This document shows positions 1-11,805 of a stretch of DNA of 64,000 nt, one piece after another. The stretch lies in contig OZ241826.1 in assembly GCA_965202585.1 (NCBI GenBank), forward strand, positions 105,090,001 to 105,154,000. The letters are read 5' to 3'. This DNA comes from Thalia democratica. Lineage: Eukaryota. The notes under the pieces are model-generated. The model searched no databases and was not told the origin of the DNA. It saw only the letters and a program-made list of their open reading frames with translations. Position 1 is the first letter of the stretch; the number at the start of each line of letters is the position of its first letter. A program made the position numbers and the translations under genes.

Positions 1-1981
1 AAAAATAATTTAAAAAATGTCTTTCAAATCATATTTGTAATGAACAGGTCATTTGGCAACAATAAGCTCAGAAATAAGTTGAGCAGATCTTTTTAAACAA
101 ACATCCTAAAACGCTCGTTTTGCAAAAGTTGCTTACAAGCAAGAACTGCATCAAAATTTTTACTTGATGGTCGGATCTTGACCGCAGTTTGCCAATTTCA
201 AGTTAAAGGTATCAAATATATCACATCTGTTTAACTCCTACATTTACTAAGTGAAACATTCGATAAAGTTATATTAGTAAGTATTGAATTTTCATGTTTA
301 TATAAGTTGCATTTTCAAGAGTCTAGTGACTTCACGATTTCAAAATTCGCACAATTTTTATTTGGAAATTGTACAAATTTTTAATCATAAAAAAGTTTTG
401 TTATTACAATTTCCCATTCATTCAGTGGATTGATTTTAAAGCTACACTCAGGTAGCTAAATAATAAATTAATGAATGTTTAATCCACAGTAGGTCTACCG
501 CATTTGGTCGTCAAAGAGAGGAAGGAGTCTTTGTAAATAGTAGATTAAGAACTTTTAAAAAAATATAACTATACTTTTTTAATAACAATTACTTTGGTGC
601 ACTTAATTTTTATTTAAGAATCTAGTTGTAAATATTATGAGTGCTTTCGTGTTTTTAAAAATTATTTTGAAATTTTGCTACAACTTAGTGACGTCACGCG
701 TTGAAAAATTGCATAAAAATAATTTTGAAAATTAATTAAATATTTTCATCCTGCTATAATTTCTCTTTCTTCAGTCATCCTGTTTAAGGAATGGAATTTG
801 AAGCTACTTAATAGTAGCTATACTATAAACAGTTCGCCATTTAAACTGCGTTAGTGGTTTGAACGGTACTGCTCTGCATTTATTAGGAGAACAGATAATA
901 TTGAGCTTTTTAAAAACAAATATTTAATGCACATTAATTTTCAATATCTAGTTAGTGTTTTTTAAAAGAAGATTAGGGGTAGCACATTTAGTGTATTAGT
1001 TAAATACGATTTATGCAAATCTGACTCATCTATTTAAACTAATTATTTCAGCACTTACCTTCAGCACTACAGTGGTAAACTGCGTACCGTCAAGCAAAAA
1101 TGTCTTTGTACTTATTATGTTGAGAACTACTCGAGCAAATAATATCAAGATTTTTAAATTATACGATGATCTTTATTTAGTTTCAGTATCTAGTTGTACT
1201 TATCAAAAAGGAGTAACATTATGATTATTTTGAATTAACATGAGTAGTGCAGATCTGAGACCTCAAATTAGTTATTTAAGCTCTTTAATTTAAGTTCTTT
1301 AACTATCTTAACTCTACTTCTTCTTCTTTTTAATAACTCGAACTGTTTAGTTACTTTTATTTCAAACTCTGCTTTCTCAAACATATAGTGACGTAATGTA
1401 GTTTTAAATAGCAAAAATATGTTTTAAAGTTTGTATAAACACTAAAATAATCTGTCTCAATTATTACGAACACGATTAAAAATGGGTGTATATTTGAAGC
1501 CACGCCATGTGGCTAATACAATGTTATATTAATTTTTATTTTCAAAATTTTAAAAATTCACATGCTCATCATAAATTAAAAACAACATATTATTAATTAC
1601 TTCCCTTAGCTAAGGTTAAAAAAATAAATTTTATGATTACACCATTAGCCGCCAGTTTTCTTTGGCAAAAATTTCATATTACGAAGCTCTTCAAGTTAAA
1701 AGTTGTTTAGTTTAATGATCTCTATATTAAAATATTTTGATGATATTAATACAGTAAAAAATGTTTTTTATCCAATGCTCTATAACACTGTTAGGCAGCC
1801 TTTTACAGGGTTGCCAAAAAACTTGTAATCCTGAAAAAAACCAGGAATTTGAAAAAAAATTGAAAAAACCTTGATTTTGAACATAATTGTAATAAAGTAG
1901 TCATTTAGATAATAAAACGGTTTGCTTAGAATAAAGTTTTAAATGCATAAGAAATACTGGTTTTGCAGAAGTAGTTTCCAA

Positions 1982-2547
1982 TGTCCGTTTGCAGGGCCTG
2001 GCAGCCACAACGGAACAGATACTGCCTCTGAGTAACTTGAAATCATCTTAAAATACTGTTACTTACAATATTAGGCAATATTAGAATATCAAATATGCAT
2101 ATCAACATAGGGAATATAAATATATGGAATCAATAACAAATACTAATAATAATATGAACATTTAACAGGATCTAACAATTTTAAACAATTATATATAAAT
2201 ACAGATAACTTAAACTACCACTAATATACTAAATAAATCACTAGTATATTTTAAACAACTAATTTTTACTAATTTTTATTATTAAACAAATTAGAAATGT
2301 AAACTTCAATTAAAGATAATAAAGAGAGATAAACAGTATTTACAAGATAGCAGTTCTCTGAAGCCTTAACATATTACTTTCAATACATATAATGTCAACT
2401 CAAGCCCTATCATTCAAATCTGCCATATAAAAAAGTGTCTTCAAAAAAACAACAAAACTTATCCATTGTTACGTAATATCTTTTAATTTTAGCGTTCTTA
2501 GAAATAAATAACTTTTTTGTACTTTTTCGAATAAGCCTAACATTACA
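1982..2547 (-). repeat. 3' LTR of the element
   Basis: Matches 5725-6290 by eye except at 1990, 1993 and 1994. Confidence 0.93.
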
Positions 2548-2559
2548 CTATCTTTCCTT
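2548..2559 (-). promoter_or_regulatory. Polypurine tract (AAGGAAAGATAG)
   Basis: 11 of 12 bases are purines, directly before the 3' LTR on the minus strand. Confidence 0.75.
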
Positions 2560-4346
2560 AAAAGTCTATTTTAGAATTACTGCTAGGATTTTCTAAAACA
2601 TTTCAGGATCAACCAGAAGGTTTAAATTAATAAGAAAAAAAAAAAAAACTTTAAAATGTGTGTTAATCTGGTACACCTTTCAAAATTAAAAAAAAACTCT
2701 AAAGCAACATAAAATTTTGAACTCTCTATACAGCAAACACTTCAAACAAACAAAATCAAAATATGATCACTAGCACCAAAAAAAACAAAAAATATATATT
2801 TATACTAAAAAAAAAAGCATGAAGTGTGTTTAATCATTAAATTGCAAAAGTAAATAAAAAGGAATACATTGCTTTCAAGTACCAAAAATTGAAGTAAGAT
2901 TAAACTCTAAAAAAAAATGAAAGCATAAAAAATTATAATTTACATTTGAAACAAAAATTTTATAACAATTTTAATCCAACAACAAAAAATATGTGGTGCA
3001 GTCAATCAATTTAATTGCAAAGTAAACAAAAATAAATAGGAATACATTGCTGTTATGTACCTAAAAAATTGGAGTAAATTTTAACACTTATTTCAAAAAT
3101 AAAAACTTAAAATATAGAAAATTTGGTATGTTAAATGCAATTAAACAACTAAACTATAATAAAAGATAGTTTCAAGATAATCTTTATTAACACTAAAATC
3201 TCTATTGAAACAGTGAATTTGAATTTAAAACTAAAAAAATATTACTTTACACAAAAATATTAATGAATTGTTATTTACCAATTTTATGTTTCAAAATTTT
3301 AAAGTAACATGTTAGGTGTAAACTCAAAATAAAGAAATTAAAGCATAAAAATTCAGTTTTATACATTTTAATAAAAAAAATAAAATAATTTCAGCAAAAA
3401 AAAAAATAGTAATATCTTTAATTTACAGTGTTAAACTTACAAAATGTCACCAAATCCTTCAGCCAATCAGGATTTCCCAAACGCCATTTCACTGACTCTC
3501 CTCCTCAGATCAGTAACTCGCTGCTGGCTCCAACATTGTTGCTCCTCCACAGGCCATCTCCACGGTCTTAGCCTGATTGTCTCCGGCTGTGCTGATAGTT
3601 TGGAATATTGGACTGCTGCCATCGTTTTGCAGTGGACTGCTTCCTGACAGTTGATGAAATGTGACTGCCACCGTCATCTTGCAGTGGCTATTTGTGACAA
3701 CATGCTGCTCCCTCCTACTGTTGAACTCTTAATGAAATGCAACTGCTACTGTTATTTTTCAGTGGCTGTCAGTGACAACTTTCAACCAGTTGAAGAACTG
3801 CTATTGATAAAACTGTTTAAAAAGAAAACAAAAACAGAAAAAACAAACCCATTGAATCAAAAAACCACAAAAAAGTATATATATACCAGCAGGCCAAAGC
3901 CTACTGCAGAAAAATTGAGAAAAAAAAAAAAAAAAAAAATTCCACCAAAGAATATCTATTCATCTAATTCAGACAACACTCTGAAGAAAATAGGGACTTC
4001 AACAAACTACTATTTACCAACAAAAATACCAAGTGTCTTTTTATGCATTTTATTTTAAATTTATTATCTATTTATTAATCCTTTTTATTTATTAAAATTG
4101 TAGGAAAATGAATGAACTAAAAAAAAAAACACAATAAAACAAGAAACCCCATAGTTAACATAGAAAAATTACTAGTTATTAGAACTATTATATATAACAA
4201 TATAATAATTATTTTTAGTTTGCTAGCAATGTAATATAATACTATTACTGTACTTTAATTTTAGTTAATAATAATAAGAATTAAATAAAGAAGTTACTAG
4301 TTACAATAATTAATGTGCGATCTTCCTAATATTTAATCAGTGTAGA

Positions 4347-5789
4347 TTATTTGTGCCGCCATTTGTGAAAAATGGAGAATGAAGCTTTATTTACATCAGA
4401 TACATCTTTAATTATGTATGGCCATATGTGAAAGGTAAACCAACTTAAATACTTTCTCAGATTTTGCTTTTCAACCATAATTTCAAGATCAGGCTTACTA
4501 ATAACTTTTGCTATAGGTGAAAACTCCTTATCCACCACTTTACTGCATTTTTTTTTTGTGCACGACGCTGAAGTCTCTTTTCTTGGTGAAATTTTTGCCC
4601 TTTGGATGTCACTGTGGTTCCTCTTTGTAGAAATCTTGGACACTGTTTCCTTTCGCAGCTCCTTTGCAATAACAATGTCATTTTCCTTAATTGAACTTCC
4701 AGGTTTAACATTCCTTGGCAAGACCTTTGCCCTCTGGATGTCACTGTGATTCCTCTTTGTAAAACTATTGGACACCGTTTCCTTTGGCAGCTCCTCTGCC
4801 CTAAAAATGTCATTTTCCTTAATTGAACTTCCAGGTTTAACATTCCTTGGCAAGACCTTTGCCCTCTGGATGTCACTGTGATTCCTCTTTGTACAACTAT
4901 TGGACACCGTTTTCTTTGGCAGCTCCTCTGCCCTAAAAATTTCATTTTCCTTAATTGAACTTCTAAGTTTAACATTCCTTGGCAAGACCTTTGCCCTTTG
5001 GATGTCACTGTGGTTCCTCTTTGTACAAATCTTGGACACCGTTTCCTTTGGCAGCTCCTCTGCCCTAAAAATTCCATTTTCCTTAATTGAACTTCCGGGT
5101 TTAACTGATTTCTCATCTGGTACATTGGAAAAATCTAATCTTTTAACTGGCAATAATATTTCTGATATGATTGTTTGGGTAGGTAGGGTTGGTTTTTTGA
5201 TGTGGCAACTGGCGTTTGGGTTTAGCTGTCTGGGGGTGGTCTTAATTATTGAGTAAACAGCTTTAGTGTGAGATGGGTAACCCCCAATCACTCTCCCTCT
5301 CACTGCTGGGAGTGTAGCTTTCAGTCTGTTAACCCTGTTCTTCACCTCCTGAAGCTCCTGATCCAATCTAGCAAGTCGTAGTTGAGATTCAAGTGCCTCT
5401 GCCTCTCGCCTTGCTTTCATGAGCTCACGCATCAACTCAACTTCTTGGTTTTGACGTTCAAACCGTTCCTGCTCACGCCTTGTCTCCTCTCTTTCTAAGA
5501 TAAGTTTTTCTAGTTGCTTCTGCTCCTGCTTTGCCATCTTGATCTCAAATGCCTTCTCATTTACTAATCTTTCAAACTGTTTGCTCCTCTGTTTTGTTCT
5601 CTCAAGATCCCATCCCTGCTCTATTGCTAAAGAAGTGTCTCTTGTAGCTATTTCGTGGTCAGTTGCTAATGGGTTGTCGTGTTCCACAATGACATTGTTG
5701 CCAAGTGTTTGGTACGGGTCACCATGTCCGTTCGCGAGGCCTGGCAGCCACAACGGAACAGATACTGCCTCTGAGTAACTTGAAATCAT
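4347..5789 (-). CDS. LTR-element ORF, 480 aa: coiled-coil N-terminus (possibly gag-derived) plus four 44-aa K-rich repeats
   Basis: Uninterrupted ORF in the element's sense orientation; E/R/Q/L heptad-like stretch at ~aa 60-160. No CCHC knuckle, protease, RT or integrase motif recognised. Confidence 0.7.
   Translation of the reverse strand: MISSYSEAVSVPLWLPGLANGHGDPYQTLGNNVIVEHDNPLATDHEIATRDTSLAIEQGWDLERTKQRSKQFERLVNEKAFEIKMAKQEQKQLEKLILEREETRREQERFERQNQEVELMRELMKARREAEALESQLRLARLDQELQEVKNRVNRLKATLPAVRGRVIGGYPSHTKAVYSIIKTTPRQLNPNASCHIKKPTLPTQTIISEILLPVKRLDFSNVPDEKSVKPGSSIKENGIFRAEELPKETVSKICTKRNHSDIQRAKVLPRNVKLRSSIKENEIFRAEELPKKTVSNSCTKRNHSDIQRAKVLPRNVKPGSSIKENDIFRAEELPKETVSNSFTKRNHSDIQRAKVLPRNVKPGSSIKENDIVIAKELRKETVSKISTKRNHSDIQRAKISPRKETSASCTKKKCSKVVDKEFSPIAKVISKPDLEIMVEKQNLRKYLSWFTFHIWPYIIKDVSDVNKASFSIFHKWRHK
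4590..5105 (-). repeat. 132-bp coding tandem repeat, ~4 copies
   Basis: GGATGTCACTGTG recurs at 4604, 4736, 4868 and 5000. Confidence 0.95.
5711..5724 (-). promoter_or_regulatory. Primer-binding site (TGGTGACCCGTACC), possibly tRNA-Trp
   Basis: Abuts the 5' LTR. The first 9 nt are complementary to the ...GGGUCACCA 3' end of metazoan tRNA-Trp; the match is only 9 nt. Confidence 0.7.
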
Positions 5790-6290
5790 CTTAAAATACT
5801 GTTACTTACAATATTAGGCAATATTAGAATATCAAATATGCATATCAACATAGGGAATATAAATATATGGAATCAATAACAAATACTAATAATAATATGA
5901 ACATTTAACAGGATCTAACAATTTTAAACAATTATATATAAATACAGATAACTTAAACTACCACTAATATACTAAATAAATCACTAGTATATTTTAAACA
6001 ACTAATTTTTACTAATTTTTATTATTAAACAAATTAGAAATGTAAACTTCAATTAAAGATAATAAAGAGAGATAAACAGTATTTACAAGATAGCAGTTCT
6101 CTGAAGCCTTAACATATTACTTTCAATACATATAATGTCAACTCAAGCCCTATCATTCAAATCTGCCATATAAAAAAGTGTCTTCAAAAAAACAACAAAA
6201 CTTATCCATTGTTACGTAATATCTTTTAATTTTAGCGTTCTTAGAAATAAATAACTTTTTTGTACTTTTTCGAATAAGCCTAACATTACA
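5725..6290 (-). repeat. 5' LTR of the element
   Basis: Direct repeat of 1982-2547, followed on the minus strand by a TGG-starting PBS. Confidence 0.93.
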
Positions 6291-9200
6291 CCAAGATAAA
6301 ATTGTATCGAAATTTTTGCTTGATTGAATCTTGATCGCAGTTTGCTGATTCTTAATTAACCGTTTAAAATATATCACATCTGTTGAACTGCTTAATACAA
6401 ACTTAATTAATTAAGTGAAAAGTTCGATATAATAGTTTATATTGAATTTTCGTATTTAATAAAAAGTTGAATTCTGAAGAGTCTAGTGACGTCACTTGTC
6501 AAAACTTGCATACTTTTTTTTTGGAAATTGTACAAATATTTTATCATGTTAAAAATTTGTATTTCACATCCACATCATTTAGTAAATTCAATTTTGTAGC
6601 TACTATTAGACAGCTAAGTCAAAAATTAATGAATGTTCAATCCACAGTAGGTCTAAGGCAAATGGCCCGCCAATAGAGGAGTCTTTGTTAATAGTAGATT
6701 GAGAACTTATAAATAAAATACAACTATACTTTTTATTACAAACAATCACTTAATTTTCATTTAAGAAGTTGTGAATATTATGAGTGTTTTCGTATTTATT
6801 TTAAAATTTTGCAACAGCTTGGTGACGTCACGCGTGGAAAAATTGCATAAAAATAATTTTTGAAAATTATTTAAATTTTTTCATCCTGCTTGAATTTCAT
6901 CTTCGTCAACCATCAGATGTTGAAAGAATGGATTTTGAAGCTATCAAGAGTAGCTATATTATAAACAGTTTGCCATCTAGACTGCGTTAGTATTAAGACG
7001 GAACTGCTCTGCGTTTATTAGGAGAACAGATAATATTGAGCTGTTAAAAACCAATACTTCATGCACATTAATTTTCAATATCTAGTTAGTGTTTTTTAAA
7101 AGAAGATTAGGGGTAGCACATTTAGTGTATTAGTTTAATATGACTTATGCAATTCTGACTCAACTATTTAAACTAATTATCTCAGCACTTACCTTCAGCA
7201 CTACAGTGGTAAACTGCGTACCGTCAAGCAAAAATGTCTCCGTACTTATTATGTTGAGAACTACTCGAGCAAATAATATCAAGATTTTTAAATTATACGA
7301 TGATCTTTGTTTAGTTTCAGTATCTAGTTGTACTTATCAAAAAGGAATAACATTATGATTATTTTGAATTAACATGAGTAGTGCAGATCTGAGACCTCAA
7401 ATTAGTTATTTAAGCTCTTTAATTTAAGTTCTTTAACTATTTTAACTCTACTTCTTCTTCTTTTTTATAACTCGAACTGTTTTAGTTACTTTTATTTTAA
7501 ACTCTGCTTTCTCAAACATATAGTGACGTAATGTAGTTTTTAAATAGCAAAAATATTTTTTAAAGTTTCTATAAACACTAAAATAATCCGTCTCAATTAT
7601 TACGAACACGAATAAAATTGGGAGTATATTTGAAGCCACGCCATGTGGCTAATACAATGTTATACTATTATTTATTTTCAAAGTTTAAAATTCATATGTA
7701 CATCATAAATTAAAAACAACATATTATTAATTACTTCCCTTAGCAAAGGTTAAAAAAATAAATTTCATGATTACACCATTAGCCGCCAGTTTTCTTTGGC
7801 AAAAATTTCCTATTACGAAGCTCTTCAAGTTAAAAGTTGTATAGTTTAATGATCTCTATATTAAAATATTTTGATGATATTAATACCGTAAAAAATGTTT
7901 TTTATCCAATGCTCTATAACACTGTTAGGCAGCCTTTTACAGGGTTGCCAAAAAACTTGTAATCCTGAAAAAACCAGGAATTTGAAAAAAATTGAAAAAA
8001 CCTTGATTTTGAACACAATTGTAATAAAGTAGTCATTTAGATAATAAAACGGTTTGCTTAGAATACAGTTTTAAATGCATAAGAAATACTGGTTTTGCAG
8101 AAGTAGTTTCCAAGATAAAATTGTATCGAAATTTTTGATTGATTGGATCTTGATCGCAGTTTGCTGATTCCTAATTAACCGTTTAAAATGCATCACATCT
8201 GTTGAACTCATGTATTTACTAAGTGAAAAATTCAATATAATAGTTTATATTGAATTTTCGTATTAAATAAAAAGTTGAATTCTGAAGAGTCTAGTGACGT
8301 CACTTGTCAAAACTTGCATAATTTTTTTTGGAAATTGTACAAATATTTTATTATGTTAAATATCTCATCCACATCCACATCATTTAGTAAATTCAATTTT
8401 GTACCTACTTTTAGACAGCTAAGTCAAAAATTAATGAATGCTCAATCCACAGTAGGTCTAAGGCAAATGGACCGCCAATACAGGAGTCTTTGGTAATAGT
8501 AGATTGAGAACTTATAAATAAAATACAACTATACTTTTTATTACAAACAATTGCTTAATTTTCATTTAAGAAGTTGTGAATATTATGAGTGTTTTCGTAT
8601 TTAGTTTAAGATTTTGAACAACTTGGTGACGTCACGAGTGGAAAAATTGCATGAAAATAATTTTGAAAATTAAATAAATATTTTCATCCTGCTAAAATTT
8701 CTCTTTAGTTAGTCATCCTGTTAAAAGAATGGAATCGAAGCTACTTAAGAGTAGCTATACTACTAACGGTTTACCATCTAAACTGCGTTAAATTTAAAAC
8801 GGTACTGCTCTGCATTTATTAGGAGAACAGATAATATTGAGCTTTTTAAAAACCAATACTTTATGCACATTTGTTTTCAATATCTAGTTGTGTTTATTAA
8901 AATAAGATATGGGTAGCACATTGAGTGTATTAGTTTAATATGATTTATGCAAGTCTGACTCAACTATTTAAACTAATTATCTCAGCACTTACCTTCAGCA
9001 ATATATAGTGGTAAACTGTTTATCATCAAGCAAAAATGTCTTTGTACTTATTATGTTGAGAACTACTCGAACAAATAATATCATGATTTTTAAATTATAC
9101 GATGATATTGATTTCACTCCAGTTCCTAGCTTATTAAAAATAATCACATTATGATCTTTTTTAATTGATAATGAGTAGTGCAGATCTGAGACCTAAAATT

Positions 9201-9701
9201 ATTATTTCAGCATTTATCAATAATTTACTAGCAAGCCAAGAGTTTTTTGTATAAATTTTTAAATAGCTGTGCTAATAATTAAAAAGTAACACATAGTTTA
9301 AAATCCAACTTGTATTATAAAGATTGTTTGTGGTCTGGAACAAATTTTTACAATGAAATTTTGTTAAAGTTAATATTTGTTTTATAACAACTTCATTGAT
9401 AAATTATATTATTAAAAACTTAATAAACTAGTTGTTTTAAAAGTCATATAACAAATATCTCTGTATATTGTGTAAAAGTATTAGTTAATAAAGTTAAAAA
9501 TCTCAATTTATAAGCAATTCAGCTAAGGATTCAAGTTTAAAAGATAGTTGCACCATAAGCTGTATTTTTAAACTGCTTTATTTGTATTTAATTCAGTTAT
9601 TTGAACGTAGTTAGTTACTAATTTACCGACAAATAAATTGTTTTAAAGACTTGACCGCCTACAAAAAATTAAGGTAATTATAAACTTATATAGAGTTAGA
9701 G

Positions 9702-10044
9702 CAGGGTTTCCCAAAGTGGGCCATGACAGATACTCAGGGAGCCACGAGCAGCAAAGGGGGAAGAGGGGGCCATGAGCAGTAAAGGAGCCACAGGGCGGCC
9801 ATAACTTGAAACTTACACTAGATATTCTTGAGTTGCAGATGAAGAGCAGAAAAAAAAGGTCTTATGTGTATTTTATGGTAGTTTAGAAACTTACACTAGA
9901 TATTCTTGAGTTGCAGACGAAGAGCAAAAAAAAAAAGTCTTTGGTGTTTTTTATCGTAGTTTATGAGTAATCTTGTTGAAGGGGGCCATTGCTTTTTCAG
10001 TTTCTTTTTAGGGGGCCATTTGCAAAAAAGTTTGGGATACCCTG
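9702..10044. mobile_element. hAT-type MITE
   Basis: TIRs CAGGGTTTCCCAAA / TTTGGGATACCCTG (13/14); 8-bp TSD AGTTAGAG / AGTTTGAG (7/8); homologous empty site at ~12730-12750; internal ~78-bp tandem duplication. Confidence 0.85.
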
Positions 10045-11488
10045 AGTTTGAGTAAGTAGTTTATATACTAACAAAAAAATCCATTTACAATACTTATCAA
10101 GTTATAAGTTGAAAATTAAAACATTGATTAGATAAGATAAATGTATAATAGTAGAGATAAATTTATAGTTTCAGTATAAGTCTATTAAAAGCATAAACAA
10201 ATTAATGTGCTTTTAATTGTGTCTTTGTGTATACTTAAGACAACATAATTACACTATCGTCTTTAACTATCTTAACTATACATCTTCTTTTTTTTCCAAC
10301 TCTTTGATTGTTTAATTTTTTCTGCATCTTTATTTTTTCTAACTCGCAACTGTTTTATTTTCTTTTTTTTCAAACTCTGCTTTCTCAAACATGTTGTGAC
10401 GTAGTGTAGTTTTTAAGCAGCAAAAATATTTTTAAAACTCTGTCTAAATACTCTAACATACACTGTTAAAAATTATCTTTGATGCGATTACGTTAAGGTT
10501 ATAATTAAAGCTGCTCAACGTGGCTAATACAATGTTTTATTATATTTATCTTTACAAATTTAAAAAGCTTATATGTACAAACCAAGCCTAAACCACAAAC
10601 AACATATTAATAATTATTCCACTGTAAGCTAAGGTTGAAATATAGTTTTATGATTACACTGTAAAACTTTTTTTTTGGAAAATTTCTTTATAACGTAGTG
10701 CTTCAAGTTAGAAGTTGTATAGTTTGATGATTTCTACATTAAAATATTTTGATAATCTTAATACAGTGTTTTTTTTTTTACAATGATGAACTATAATACT
10801 GTTATAGGCAGCCTTTTACAGCGTTGCCAAAAAGCCTGAAATACTGGAAAAACCTGGAATTTGAAAAAAAAACTGGAATTAAAACAAAAATCACAAAAAA
10901 CTTGGATTTTTAACATAGTTGTAATGGATTGGTTATTTAGTAACATAATTATTTGCTCATAATTAAGTTGTAAACGTATAAAAAATACTGCATTTTGCAG
11001 AATTATGTTGAACAAATGCAAAGAAATACTTGTTTTTAAAAAGTTGTTTTAAAGATAAAAGTGTCTCGAAATATTTGCTTGATTGGATCTTGATCGCAGT
11101 TCGCTGATTCCTAATTAACCGTTTAAAATACATCACATCTGTTGAACTCATGTATTTCCTAAGTAATACTGAACTAGTATAATTTCAAGAGTATACTAGT
11201 AAAAATTTAATGAATTTATACTAGTATAATTTGAATTTTCGTATTTAATAAAAAGTTGCATTCTGAAGAGTCTATTGACGTCACCATGTAAAAACTAGCA
11301 TAATTATTTTTTTGGAAATTGTACAATTTCTTAAACAACTAATTCGCTTTCCTTTCTTCGCTTCGTACAGTAGATTTATTTTGAAGTTGCATTTATGTAG
11401 CCAAGTATAAAATTATTAAAAGCATGACTACGGTATATGGCGCGCCATGAGAGGAGTCTTAGTAAATAGTAGATTGAGAACTTATTGA

Positions 11489-11805
11489 CAGGGTTGCTTA
11501 AAAACCTGGAATTTTAAACAACTTTTACATTTCTTACTACATTTACAAGAAGAAAAATTTCGGTTTGACACAAAAATATATTGTATTGATAACATTCTTT
11601 CGTCATCATCCATTTTTTTTATTAAAAAAGACACATTTAAAGAAGGTTTAACGTGTTTCTTTAATGTAGGTATACTATTTTACACAGTTTTTTGCCTTAA
11701 ATCTAATTTCAATCTAAAAATAGACCCTAAAACGTGTGATTTTAGAAACTTGGCGGAAATTTTAAAAACCTGGAGAAAATTTGCCGAAAATATTTGGCAA
11801 CCTTG
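11489..11805. mobile_element. MITE of a CAGGGTTGC(CA) TIR family, both ends present
   Basis: CAGGGTTGC...GCAACCTTG inverted ends; absent from the equivalent site in repeat copies 1-3; TSD unclear. Confidence 0.7.

Larger units (their letters stand above)
1982..6290 (-). mobile_element. Non-autonomous LTR retrotransposon, 4309 bp, recent insertion
   Basis: TGT...ACA termini; 566-bp direct LTRs; 4-bp TSD CCAA (1978-1981, 6291-6294); empty site TTTCCAAGATAAAA in the next repeat copy (~8107-8120); PBS and PPT on the minus strand; no pol motifs seen. Confidence 0.93.

Noticed and set aside
1164-1258. C/D snoRNA-like boxes (ATGATT..CTGA) in the repeat unit
   Set aside because: Box C is imperfect and spacing is only ~38 nt; CTGA is lost in copy 4; no rRNA complement recognised.
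1798-1806. GCCTTTTAC, identical to U5 snRNA loop 1 (also ~7932, ~10811)
   Set aside because: No flanking U5 stem or Sm site; it abuts a TE end.
3444-4058. Plus-strand ORFs of 67 and 135 aa
   Set aside because: Antisense to the element, run into poly-A tracts, no recognisable domain.
4511-5125. 204-aa alternative-frame ORF in the LTR element
   Set aside because: Confined to the 132-bp repeats; a by-product of repeating a stop-free unit.
6153-6377. Minus-strand ORFs over the GATCTTGATCGCAG block (also 10963-11151)
   Set aside because: Copy 1 has an in-frame stop, differences are largely non-synonymous, and the ORF tails are unrelated.
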